Source: Candidatus Phoenicimicrobium oleiphilum (GTDB taxonomy: Bacteria; Atribacterota; Phoenicimicrobiia; Phoenicimicrobiales; Phoenicimicrobiaceae). From it: a stretch of 26,726 nt of DNA. This document shows, in pieces, positions 11,490 to 19,351 of the stretch. The notes beneath the pieces were generated by a model. That model ran no database searches and was not told the origin of the DNA. It saw only the letters and a program-made list of their open reading frames with translations. Positions within the stretch are counted from its first letter, which is position 1. The number at the start of each line of letters is the position of its first letter. A program made the translations under genes and the position numbers. The stretch covers positions 1 through 26,726 of the forward strand of contig JBDIWJ010000021.1 of NCBI GenBank assembly GCA_039638295.1, read 5' to 3'.

Positions 11490-11714
11490 GGCCTATGATG
11501 GGAAGAGTAGGTGAGAAAATTTTTCGTATCGGAAAATTTTTAGCCGAAGACCAACCCGGAGGCCAAAGATGAATCGAAACAAAAAGAGTAAATCTTTTGG
11601 GAAGCTCCCCTATAGCTAATAATAAGAGAGCTCTGAAAAATTTTTGATTTCAGAGAAATAAAGTGGAACCGCGAAAATCTTTCGTCTTTATAAATAAGGC
11701 GAAAGATTTTTTTA
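11490..11714 (+). ncRNA. T-box riboswitch (Thr, specifier ACC), transcription-termination type, short Stem I
   Basis: K-turn GGCC-UAU-GA...GA-GGCC; AGUA/GAA specifier loop with ACC at 11550-11552; Stem II with GAA/AGUA; IIA/B pseudoknot GGGAAGCTCCCCTATAGCT; Stem III CTCTGAAA..TTTCAGAG; T-box AAAG-TGGAACC-GCG (11660-11673); upstream of hom/thrB. Confidence 0.88.
11674..11713 (+). terminator. Intrinsic terminator of the T-box leader
   Basis: Stem AAAATCTTTCGTCTT (11674-11688) pairs with AAGGCGAAAGATTTT (11696-11710), running into a T7 tract; shares CGTCTTT with the antiterminator. Confidence 0.85.
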
Positions 11715-11747
11715 TATATAAAATTGAAAGGGTGAAAGATAATTATT

Positions 11748-13034
11748 ATGAAGAAAGAAACCATAAATGTTGGTATATTAGGATTAGGCACAGTAGGACA
11801 GGGTGTTATTAAAGTTTTACAAGAAAATAGAGGATTTATTGAACAAAAAATATATCCCCGAAAAATAGTTTTAAAAAGAATAGCTGATAAAGATAGAAAC
11901 AAAATTCTTCCTAAGCCAGAACTTTATAAGATATTTACCGATTCTGCCCAGGAAGTAGTGGCTGACCCGGAAATTGATATTATAGTGGAAACTATGGGTG
12001 GTTTTGAACCAGCTAGAACTTTTATTATGCAGGCCCTCAAATCAGGAAAACATGTAGTCACTGCTAATAAAGAGGTAATAGCCAGGGCAGGATATGAAAT
12101 TTTAAACTTAGCCCAGGAAAATAGAGTTTATTTTCTTTTTGAAGCAAGTGTAGCAAGCGGAATACCCATAATAGGGGCGCTTTCTAACTCTCTTACTTCT
12201 TATAAGTTAAAAGAAATAATAGGAATTCTAAATGGCACTACCAATTATATTCTAACCAAGATGAGCGATGAGGACAGGGACTATAAAGAAGCTTTAGAAG
12301 AAGCCCAGAAAAGAGGTTATGCCGAGGCTGACCCCAGTAAAGACATTGATGGATTTGATACCTGTAATAAGATATTTATTCTTTCAGCTATTGCCTTCAG
12401 GGCGATGATTAATCCGGATAGGATTTATTATGAAGGGATAAGAAATATTTCTAAACTGGATATCGAATATGCTCGAGAACTTGGTTATACTATTAAACTA
12501 TTAGCTTTAGCGAAGGATGATGGACAGCAATTAGATATAAGGGTACACCCGGCATTGATACCCAAAAGACATACTATGGCCAATATAAATGGAGCATACA
12601 ATGGAATTCTATTACGGGGAGAAGGATTTGGAGACTTGACCTTTTCTGGTCTGGGGGCTGGTGCCTTGCCTGCGGGGAGCATGATTGTTAGTGATATAGT
12701 TGAGATAGTTAATAATTTTAATAACTATAGAAATAATTATAATTATTTTAAAAAGAAAGAGATTAAAGATTTCAAACAAACTCAATCTCCCTTCTATTTA
12801 AGAATAAGAGTTAAAGACAGACCGGGAGTTTTGGCGGAGATTGCTGGTTCTTTTGCTAAAAATGAAGTTAGTTTTGCTTCAGTTATTCAGAAAGGAGAAG
12901 CTGGGGAGATAGTGGATATTGTTTTTCTAACTCATAGAGCAAAAGAGGGAAATGTTCAGGAGGCTTTAAAAGAAGTTTCCTGTCTGGAATGTGTAGAGAA
13001 AATATGCAGTACCATCAGAGGGGTGGAAATTTAA
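11748..13034 (+). CDS. hom: Homoserine dehydrogenase with C-terminal ACT domain
   Basis: GLGTVGQG, VVTANKE, FEASVASGIPII, GILNGTTNYIL, GYAEADPSKDIDG, DRPGVLA ACT motif. Confidence 0.97.
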   Translation: MKKETINVGILGLGTVGQGVIKVLQENRGFIEQKIYPRKIVLKRIADKDRNKILPKPELYKIFTDSAQEVVADPEIDIIVETMGGFEPARTFIMQALKSGKHVVTANKEVIARAGYEILNLAQENRVYFLFEASVASGIPIIGALSNSLTSYKLKEIIGILNGTTNYILTKMSDEDRDYKEALEEAQKRGYAEADPSKDIDGFDTCNKIFILSAIAFRAMINPDRIYYEGIRNISKLDIEYARELGYTIKLLALAKDDGQQLDIRVHPALIPKRHTMANINGAYNGILLRGEGFGDLTFSGLGAGALPAGSMIVSDIVEIVNNFNNYRNNYNYFKKKEIKDFKQTQSPFYLRIRVKDRPGVLAEIAGSFAKNEVSFASVIQKGEAGEIVDIVFLTHRAKEGNVQEALKEVSCLECVEKICSTIRGVEI

Positions 13035-13208
13035 TTAGTCGTTAGTGAATGGTGAATAGTAGTTAGCACCAAATACAAAATGCAGAACTGGTTTTTAGTT
13101 ATTAGATGAGATTATCGCGCCCTGATACGTCAAAGTCGCAATAAAATTATAAACTGGCAAAACGACTATCTTGCTAACCCCTAAGGACCAGTTGCTATCG
13201 ACCAATAA
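13035..13208. repeat. Heptamer arrays flanking a degenerate GAGATT...TCGCAAT repeat unit in the hom-thrB spacer
   Basis: TTAGTCG TTAGTGA ATGGTGA ATAGTAG TTAGCAC (13035-13069); complementary-type units such as CTAACCC CTAAGGA CCAGTTG CTATCGA (13159-13208); GAGATTATCGCGCCCTGATACGTCAAAGTCGCAAT at 13108-13142. Confidence 0.55.
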
Positions 13209-13222
13209 AGGGGAGAAAAATT

Positions 13223-14137
13223 ATGATAAAGGTTCGAGTTCCAGCTACCACTGCTAACCTGGGTCCGGGCTTTGATTGTTTGGGTCTGGCTTTAAAATTG
13301 TATTTAAATTTAGAGATAGAAGAGGTCACAAAAGAAGGACTGGAAATTAAGTATGAAGGAGAGGGGGCAGAGAAATTTCTTACTGATGAGAATAACTTAA
13401 TCTGGAAGTCTATGGATTTAGTGCTAAAAAGGAGCAAAAATATTAGTGACAAGAAGGGTTTAAAAATAAGAGTATTTAACGAAATACCAGTTACCAGAGG
13501 GTTAGGCAGTAGTGCAGCAGCAATAATTGGCGGAATTGTTGGAATTACTAAGCTTTATAATAATAATTTAACTTATCAGGAAATACTTGAATTAGCCCTT
13601 TCTTTGGAGGGACATATGGATAATATAGTTCCTGCTTTAATAGGTGGCTTTACTATAGCCTATAAAACTGGAAAAGAAGAGATAAAATGGAGCAAAATAA
13701 AGCCCTCAAACGATTTAAGAATTGTTCTGTCAATACCAAATTTCACTTTAAGTACAGAAAAGATGAGAAAAGTTTTGCCTACAAAAGTACCTTTATCTGA
13801 CGCAATATTTAATTTAAGTAGAACTTCTCTTTTGGTGAATGCCTTGCAAAATTCAGATTGGGATGTGTTGTCTGAGGCAATGGAAGATAAGCTTCATCAA
13901 CCCTATAGGACACCTTTTATTCCTGGGATTGAAGAAGTTTTTTCTAAAATAAAAGGGACAGGCTTAGCAGGTGTGGCCTTGAGTGGTTCAGGGCCAACTG
14001 TAGTTTCGTTAACTAAAAAGGGTTCAGAGAAAATAATAAGCGAAATAATGAAAGATACCTTTTTAAAGGCTGGAATAAATTGCCAGGTCTTGGTGTTGGA
14101 AGCAGACTTAGAAGGAACGGCAGTAAGTAATGAGTAA
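13223..14137 (+). CDS. thrB: Homoserine kinase
   Basis: VPATTANLGPGFDCLG, IPVTRGLGSSAAA (GHMP motif), EGHMDN, DKLHQPYR, LSGSGPT. Confidence 0.98.
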   Translation: MIKVRVPATTANLGPGFDCLGLALKLYLNLEIEEVTKEGLEIKYEGEGAEKFLTDENNLIWKSMDLVLKRSKNISDKKGLKIRVFNEIPVTRGLGSSAAAIIGGIVGITKLYNNNLTYQEILELALSLEGHMDNIVPALIGGFTIAYKTGKEEIKWSKIKPSNDLRIVLSIPNFTLSTEKMRKVLPTKVPLSDAIFNLSRTSLLVNALQNSDWDVLSEAMEDKLHQPYRTPFIPGIEEVFSKIKGTGLAGVALSGSGPTVVSLTKKGSEKIISEIMKDTFLKAGINCQVLVLEADLEGTAVSNE

Positions 14138-14194
14138 TAAGTAATGTGTAATAAGAAAAGAGTTAGCTTGTTAGTTGCTTACCTGGGTAGCTAG
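14127..14194. repeat. Heptamer then octamer tandem repeats at the thrB 3' end
   Basis: GTAATGA GTAATAA GTAATGT GTAATAA (14127-14154); TTAGCTTG TTAGTTGC TTACCTGG GTAGCTAG (14163-14194). Confidence 0.65.
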
Positions 14195-14224
14195 TGCTCT
14201 GTTAAATAAAATATGTTATATTTC

Positions 14225-14324
14225 TTGAGATTGCTTCCCCTGTTTTCGCAGGGGCAGGCTTACTTTGCTCCTCGTAATGACGCTCCGTGTTTTGTCATTG
14301 CGAGCGTTAGCGAAGCAATCTCAA
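14225..14324. repeat. Long palindromic REP-like element (GTCATTGCGAG...GAAGCAATCTC type) with nested hairpin
   Basis: Perfect 13-bp inverted repeat TTGAGATTGCTTC (14225-14237) / GAAGCAATCTCAA (14312-14324); inner inverted repeat CTCGTAATGAC (14271-14281) / GTCATTGCGAG (14294-14304); extra CCCCTG-TTTTCG-CAGGGG hairpin in the left arm. Confidence 0.8.
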
Positions 14325-14376
14325 AACTATATTACCTTGGTTAACTTTGCACTAGTTATAGTATTAAGATAAAACT

Positions 14377-14441
14377 GTAGAACAGGCGTCTCGCTTGGGT
14401 CTAAATTAGTGGATTGGAGAATTGGTCAATTGGTAGATTCT
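14377..14441. repeat. Single GTAG-type REP followed by an octamer array
   Basis: GTAGAACAGGCGTCTCGCTTG (14377-14397; hairpin CAGGCG/CGCTTG); TAAATTAG TGGATTGG AGAATTGG TCAATTGG (14402-14433). Confidence 0.55.
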
Positions 14442-14461
14442 TGAAGGGGTGATTTTTTACT

Positions 14462-15691
14462 ATGAACAAAATTATAGTGCAAAAATATGGCGGAAGTTCG
14501 GTAGCAAATATTGAGCGAATCAAAAAGGTAGCCAGGAAGATAGTAGATAGAGCGAGGGAAGGGCATAAGATGGTAGTAGTAGTCTCAGCTATGGGCAATA
14601 CTACCGATGAATTAATCAAAATGGCTCAAAAAATTACTAAATTTCCCAATGAACGAGAATTAGATATGTTAATTTCTACTGGTGAGCAGGTTTCTATTGC
14701 CTTATTGACTATGGCTATTCATTCTCTGGGTTGGGAAGCCATCTCTTTTACTGGAATGCAGGCTGGGATCATTACTAATACAGTCCATACTAAAGCCAAA
14801 GTTACCACTATAAATCAGAATAAAATAAAATCAGCCCTGGCAAAGGGCAAGATAGTGATAGTAGCAGGTTTCCAGGGCATTAATACCAATGGTGATATTA
14901 CTACTCTGGGGAGAGGGGGTTCAGATACTACCGCTATCGCCTTAGCCGCTCAGCTAAGGGCGACGGTATGTGAAATCTATACCGATGTTGATGGAGTTTA
15001 TACTGCTGACCCCCGAATTGTTCCTTCTGCCTGTCGTATTCCTGCCATTTCTTATGACGAAATGGCTGAGATGGCAAGCTTAGGGGCAAAAATAATGCAT
15101 TATAGAGCTATAGATGTAGCTCGAAATTATGAAGTAAAGATTATGGTTAAATCATCCTTTACAGAAGGAAAGGGTACGGTTATAAAGGAGGCAAACACGA
15201 TGTTAGAAAAAGTTATGGTAAGAGGGGTAACCCACGAGACTAATGTAGGCAAAATCGTAATCCAGGGAGTCCCAGATGTTCCTGGCATAGCTTATAAATT
15301 ATTTAAAGCTTTAGCCGAGAAAGAAATAATGGTAGATATGATTATTCAAAGCTCTCATCATAATGAAATTAACGATATTGCCTTTACCGTGGCTTTAAAT
15401 GATTTCAATGAAGCTATTCGAATTACTAATCAGATAGCTGAAGAGATTGGCGCTAAAGGAGTAATATCAGAATCAAAGGTAGCAAAAGTTTCTATTGTGG
15501 GGGCAGGTATTACCAGTGATCCGTCTATAGCAGCGCGGATGTTTGGGGCTCTGGCTAAAAATGATATAAATATAGATATGATCAGTACTTCTAACCTTAG
15601 AATATCTTGTTTGATTAACTCTTCTCGTTTAGCAGATGCGGTAAGAGCAGTCCATAAAGAATTTAATTTAGATAAAGTAGGTGAAGAATAA
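14462..15691 (+). CDS. lysC: Aspartate kinase (alpha subunit)
   Basis: VQKYGGSSV, VVVVSAMG, TTLGRGGSDTTA, YTDVDGVYTADPR; two C-terminal ACT domains. Confidence 0.97.
   Translation: MNKIIVQKYGGSSVANIERIKKVARKIVDRAREGHKMVVVVSAMGNTTDELIKMAQKITKFPNERELDMLISTGEQVSIALLTMAIHSLGWEAISFTGMQAGIITNTVHTKAKVTTINQNKIKSALAKGKIVIVAGFQGINTNGDITTLGRGGSDTTAIALAAQLRATVCEIYTDVDGVYTADPRIVPSACRIPAISYDEMAEMASLGAKIMHYRAIDVARNYEVKIMVKSSFTEGKGTVIKEANTMLEKVMVRGVTHETNVGKIVIQGVPDVPGIAYKLFKALAEKEIMVDMIIQSSHHNEINDIAFTVALNDFNEAIRITNQIAEEIGAKGVISESKVAKVSIVGAGITSDPSIAARMFGALAKNDINIDMISTSNLRISCLINSSRLADAVRAVHKEFNLDKVGEE
15200..15691 (+). CDS. Aspartate kinase beta subunit (in-frame internal start, 163 aa)
   Basis: Perfect SD AAGGAGG (15185-15191) 8 nt before an in-frame ATG (codon 247) at the start of the ACT region, as in alpha2beta2 aspartokinases. 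Confidence 0.75.
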   Translation: MLEKVMVRGVTHETNVGKIVIQGVPDVPGIAYKLFKALAEKEIMVDMIIQSSHHNEINDIAFTVALNDFNEAIRITNQIAEEIGAKGVISESKVAKVSIVGAGITSDPSIAARMFGALAKNDINIDMISTSNLRISCLINSSRLADAVRAVHKEFNLDKVGEE

Positions 15692-16710
15692 TGAAAAAAT
15701 ATAATATTGCCATAGTAGGAGCTACCGGGGCAGTTGGTGAAGAGATGAGATTGGTTTTAGAGCAGAGAAAATTCCCGGTGGAAAAATTAATCCTTTTTGC
15801 CTCAGCCAGGTCAGCGGGCAAAGAATATGAATTTAATGGAGAAAAGTTAAAAGTTCAGGAATTAAAAGATGATTCTTTTGGTGGAATCGATATCTCCCTT
15901 TTTTCTGGAGGAGACGAAGTAAGTAAACATTTTGCCCCTCTTGCTGTTCAGCAGGGGGCTATAGTAATAGATAATGGTAAATATTTCCGCATGGACCCCA
16001 ATGTTCCCTTAGTAGTTCCAGAAGTAAACCCCGATGATTTAAAACAGCACAGAGGTTTAGTTGCCAATCCTAACTGTTCTACTATCCAGATGGTAATGGC
16101 TTTAAAGCCTATTTATGATGAAGCAGGGATAGAAAGGGTTGTAGTGGCTACCTATCAGAGTGTCTCGGGGACCGGGAAGGAAGCTATAGAAGAATTAAAG
16201 GCCCAAACAGCCTCTATTTCCAAAAATGAAGAATTTGAGATCAAGGCGTATCCTTATCAGATAGCTTTTAATCTTCTCCCTCATATTGGGTCTTTTATGG
16301 AAAATGGCTATACTGCGGAAGAAATGAAAATGCTAAACGAAACCAGAAAGATATTGGGAGACAAAAATATTAGAGTTGCTGCTACCACAGTGAGAGTTCC
16401 TGTATATCGGGCTCATTCGGAGGTAGTTCACATAGAGACCAAAAAGAAAATTTCCGTGCAGAGGACCCGAGAAATATTGGGCGCCTTCCCCGGGATTAAA
16501 GTGGTTGATAATCCGGAAAGATTAGAATATCCCCTGCCTTTGTTTGCCGAGGGGAAGGATGAAGTCTTTGTGGGAAGAATTAGAGAGGACATCTCTACTG
16601 ATAACGGCCTGGTGATGTGGATAGTTTCCGATAACCTGCGAAAAGGCGCAGCCCTAAACGCAGTTCAGATTGCCGAGAAAATTATTGAAAAAGAATTATT
16701 TTCAAAATAA
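15691..16710 (+). CDS. asd: Aspartate-semialdehyde dehydrogenase
   Basis: VGATGAVG, VPLVVPEVN, ANPNCST (catalytic Cys), TYQSVSGTG, VRVPVYRAHSE, DNLRKGAALNAVQIAE; 1-bp overlap with lysC. Confidence 0.98.
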   Translation: MKKYNIAIVGATGAVGEEMRLVLEQRKFPVEKLILFASARSAGKEYEFNGEKLKVQELKDDSFGGIDISLFSGGDEVSKHFAPLAVQQGAIVIDNGKYFRMDPNVPLVVPEVNPDDLKQHRGLVANPNCSTIQMVMALKPIYDEAGIERVVVATYQSVSGTGKEAIEELKAQTASISKNEEFEIKAYPYQIAFNLLPHIGSFMENGYTAEEMKMLNETRKILGDKNIRVAATTVRVPVYRAHSEVVHIETKKKISVQRTREILGAFPGIKVVDNPERLEYPLPLFAEGKDEVFVGRIREDISTDNGLVMWIVSDNLRKGAALNAVQIAEKIIEKELFSK

Positions 16711-16753
16711 AGTCTTTGTTCAGCAGTGAAACTCAGTAATTAAGGAGCAAAAA

Positions 16754-17377
16754 TTGTCATTGCCAACTTTTCTTTTAGAAGTGATTTTAATATCTTTATC
16801 TGGAGTTATGGCTCCCGGGCCGATTACTGCGATGACAGTGAGCAAAGGAACCCAATCTCCCCATGCTGGGGTATTTGTTGCTTTGGGGCATGGCATTGTA
16901 GAAATCCCTTTAATTATCTTAATATCTTATGGCTTCGGAGAAATTTTAAAAATATCTTTTATTAAAGGGATAATAGGATTAATCGGTGGCTTATTTCTCC
17001 TAAAAATGGGCTGGGGACTACTTCAGGGTGCCAAACAGACCCAGATGGACCCTGCCAAAGATAATCGCTCCCCTCTGATGGCTGGGATGATACTCAGTGT
17101 AGCCAATCCTTATTTCTTGCTTTGGTGGGTAGCCATTGGCTCTATCTTAATTTTTCGTTCTTTGACTTATGGAATACTCGGTTTCATTGCATTTATAATT
17201 TTCCATTGGTCCTGTGACTTCTTCTGGTGCTATTTCCTTTCAGCCATATCCTTCAAAGGTGGTCAATTTTTTGGAAAAAGACTCCAGCAGGTCTTATTTG
17301 CCATCTGCGGAGTTTTCCTCCTCTTCTTTAGTGCTAAATTTATCTTCGATGCTGTTAAAATATTTTTATCTTTTTAA
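16754..17377 (+). CDS. LysE-family amino acid translocator
   Basis: SLSGVMAPGP, GHGIVE, NPYFLLWW motifs; about 6 hydrophobic segments; SD AAGGAG before TTG. Confidence 0.88.
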   Translation: MSLPTFLLEVILISLSGVMAPGPITAMTVSKGTQSPHAGVFVALGHGIVEIPLIILISYGFGEILKISFIKGIIGLIGGLFLLKMGWGLLQGAKQTQMDPAKDNRSPLMAGMILSVANPYFLLWWVAIGSILIFRSLTYGILGFIAFIIFHWSCDFFWCYFLSAISFKGGQFFGKRLQQVLFAICGVFLLFFSAKFIFDAVKIFLSF

Positions 17378-17530
17378 ATATCTTAAAATACTTGTTTGCA
17401 TAAAATTTGATTTTATTTGCCATTCCTACCACTTTTTATGAGCCTAAAATTGTTAAAGAAATACATTTCTTTTGTTTTGGTTGGTAATTTGGTAAAATTT
17501 ATATATGAAATATTTTTTACGAGGATTTAT

Positions 17531-17704
17531 ATGTTAAGCAATAAAAGTTTTGATAAATGGGCAGGGGAATATGATGCTTCTATTCAAAGACATAGTGAAG
17601 GATACCCTTTTGAAGGATATTATGATGTTTTAAGTTATGTGCGCAGTTTGATAAAAAAACCAAAGAGAAAAAATTCTTGTGTCTTTACTTGTTGTTTTCT
17701 GTAA
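17531..17704 (+). pseudogene. Truncated N-terminus of a class I SAM-dependent methyltransferase
   Basis: SD-like GAGGA then MLSNKSFDKWAGEYD...YPFEGYYDVL, resembling the FDxWAxxYD...YPF start of small methyltransferases; ends before motif I (AAA ATT CTT G, K-I-L, is present in another frame). Confidence 0.6.
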
Positions 17705-17742
17705 TTATGATTGTTATGTTGGATAAGAAGGAGGTCAATTAG

Positions 17743-18546
17743 ATGTCATCAATAAAAATTTACGACATGAGAGATAAATACGATGAATACTTCGTTGGAA
17801 CTTGTACCCATGTTAATGACACACCAGAGTGTTGCCTAAGGGAAGAGGTAGACACTTCTGCCAAGAGACGGATTGACTGGCTTCAAAGTATGTACAAAAA
17901 GGGCTCACGGGTGAAGATTGCTTCAATTGATAATGAGCAAGTTGGATTTTTGCATATAATGCCTATAGAGATTTGTCCTTGGGGTCCGATAGGACAGGAT
18001 CTAATGGTTATTCCCTGTCTGACCGTTACAGGGAAAACAAACGGTAGGGGTATAGGGAGGGCCTTGATTGACTCAGCCGAAGAGGAGGCGAAACATCAGG
18101 GTCGTAAAGGTATAATAACCACGGGATACTACCATAATCACTGGTTTATGCCGGCTCCATTTTTCGAAAAGTGCGGTTTCTCATTGATAGAGCAAAAAGG
18201 CACGATAGCTATTTTAGGGAAATTCTTTGAGGAATCAGTAGAGTCTCCCCGGTTATTAAAACCAAACTTCAAGTATAAACCCATAATAGGAAAGGCAGTG
18301 GTTGATCTCTTCTGGAATACCTTTTGCCCGACAAGTGACATTGAAGCCCAACGAGTCCGTGAGGTTTCCGCAGAGTTTGGCGAGTCGGTAGTGGTTCATG
18401 AATATTGTGCAGATGAGATAGCGATTCTTTCTCGTTATCAAATTCCCCGTGGAATATTTATAAATGGCAAGGAGATATGGTGGGGTCATGAGGCCCCCAA
18501 GGAAGGTATCCGAGAAGCCATTTTTAAAGCTTTAAGGTATAAGTAA
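17743..18546 (+). CDS. GNAT-family N-acetyltransferase with C-terminal thioredoxin-like/YoaP-like region
   Basis: Acetyl-CoA motif GRGIGRALI preceded by IPCLTV; FFEKCGF; C-terminal FWNTFCP...GIFINGKEI; SD AAGGAGG. Confidence 0.82.
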   Translation: MSSIKIYDMRDKYDEYFVGTCTHVNDTPECCLREEVDTSAKRRIDWLQSMYKKGSRVKIASIDNEQVGFLHIMPIEICPWGPIGQDLMVIPCLTVTGKTNGRGIGRALIDSAEEEAKHQGRKGIITTGYYHNHWFMPAPFFEKCGFSLIEQKGTIAILGKFFEESVESPRLLKPNFKYKPIIGKAVVDLFWNTFCPTSDIEAQRVREVSAEFGESVVVHEYCADEIAILSRYQIPRGIFINGKEIWWGHEAPKEGIREAIFKALRYK

Positions 18547-18664
18547 ATGAATATGACACCCAAGATTAGGAATGAAGAAGCTTAAACCGACTTAAAGAGA
18601 TGAAGGTGAAAGGGAAATAATGACTTAGGAGAAGGATAATTTTATACAAAGTAAGGGTTTACTG

Positions 18665-19255
18665 ATGCAAATGGATATAAAAAGATTAGAAAAAAAAGAA
18701 TTGTATTCTGAGGAGTTGGGCATTTATTTAAAGAAAAACAATGATAAAGAAATTTTTAAATGGTTTCTGGCCAGCATTCTCTTTGGAGCAAGAATATCAG
18801 AAACAATTGCTAAAAATACTTACAAAACATTCGAAAGATATAATCTTTTAGAACCAAGAAAGATATTAAAAGCGGGCTGGGATTTTTTGGTAAACCCGAT
18901 TATGAGAGAGGGTGGTTATGTCCGTTATGATGGAAAAACCTCTACCCAAATTTTAAGAAATTGTAAAACCCTCCTCCAAGAATACAGAGGAAGTTTAAAA
19001 GAATTGCATAAAGAAGCGAAAAATAGTAAAGATTTAGAAAATAGATTGACCAGTTTTTACGGTATAGGTCCTATAACTACCAATATCTTCCTTAGAGAAT
19101 TGAGGCCTTTTTGGGAAAAGGCCAATCCGGAGCCATTACCAGTTGTAAAGAAGATTGCCCAAAAATATGGGATAAACTTAGACAAATACAATAGAAAAAG
19201 TATGGCGTTTATTAGAATTGAGGCAGGTTTAATAAGGTTAAGAAATAAAATATAA
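18665..19255 (+). CDS. Helix-hairpin-helix (HhH-GPD/endonuclease III-like) protein of unknown function
   Basis: FKWFLASILFGARISE, GGYVRYD, HhH motif FYGIGPITTNIFLRE; no Fe-S cysteine cluster. Confidence 0.65.
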   Translation: MQMDIKRLEKKELYSEELGIYLKKNNDKEIFKWFLASILFGARISETIAKNTYKTFERYNLLEPRKILKAGWDFLVNPIMREGGYVRYDGKTSTQILRNCKTLLQEYRGSLKELHKEAKNSKDLENRLTSFYGIGPITTNIFLRELRPFWEKANPEPLPVVKKIAQKYGINLDKYNRKSMAFIRIEAGLIRLRNKI

Positions 19256-19351
19256 AAAATTTTATTCTGATTATGGCTTTAAGTGGTGGGTTTCTTTTAT
19301 AATCATTTTTACTCATAATTTACTTTGTTCACAAAGACTTTTAAGTTCTTT

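Noticed and set aside
11490..11714. Lysine riboswitch, or a Pro (CCA) specifier reading
   Set aside because: The TGGAACCGCG antiterminator and stem layout identify a T-box. ACC fits the C-ending codon preference and the downstream Thr genes better than the overlapping CCA.
11540..11902. 120-aa minus-strand ORF
   Set aside because: Overlaps the T-box leader and the hom start; low-complexity and explained by the + strand features.
17214..17530. 75-aa ORF and the upstream extension of the 95-aa ORF
   Set aside because: Overlaps lysE out of frame or lacks an RBS; only the part from ATG 17531 looks protein-like.
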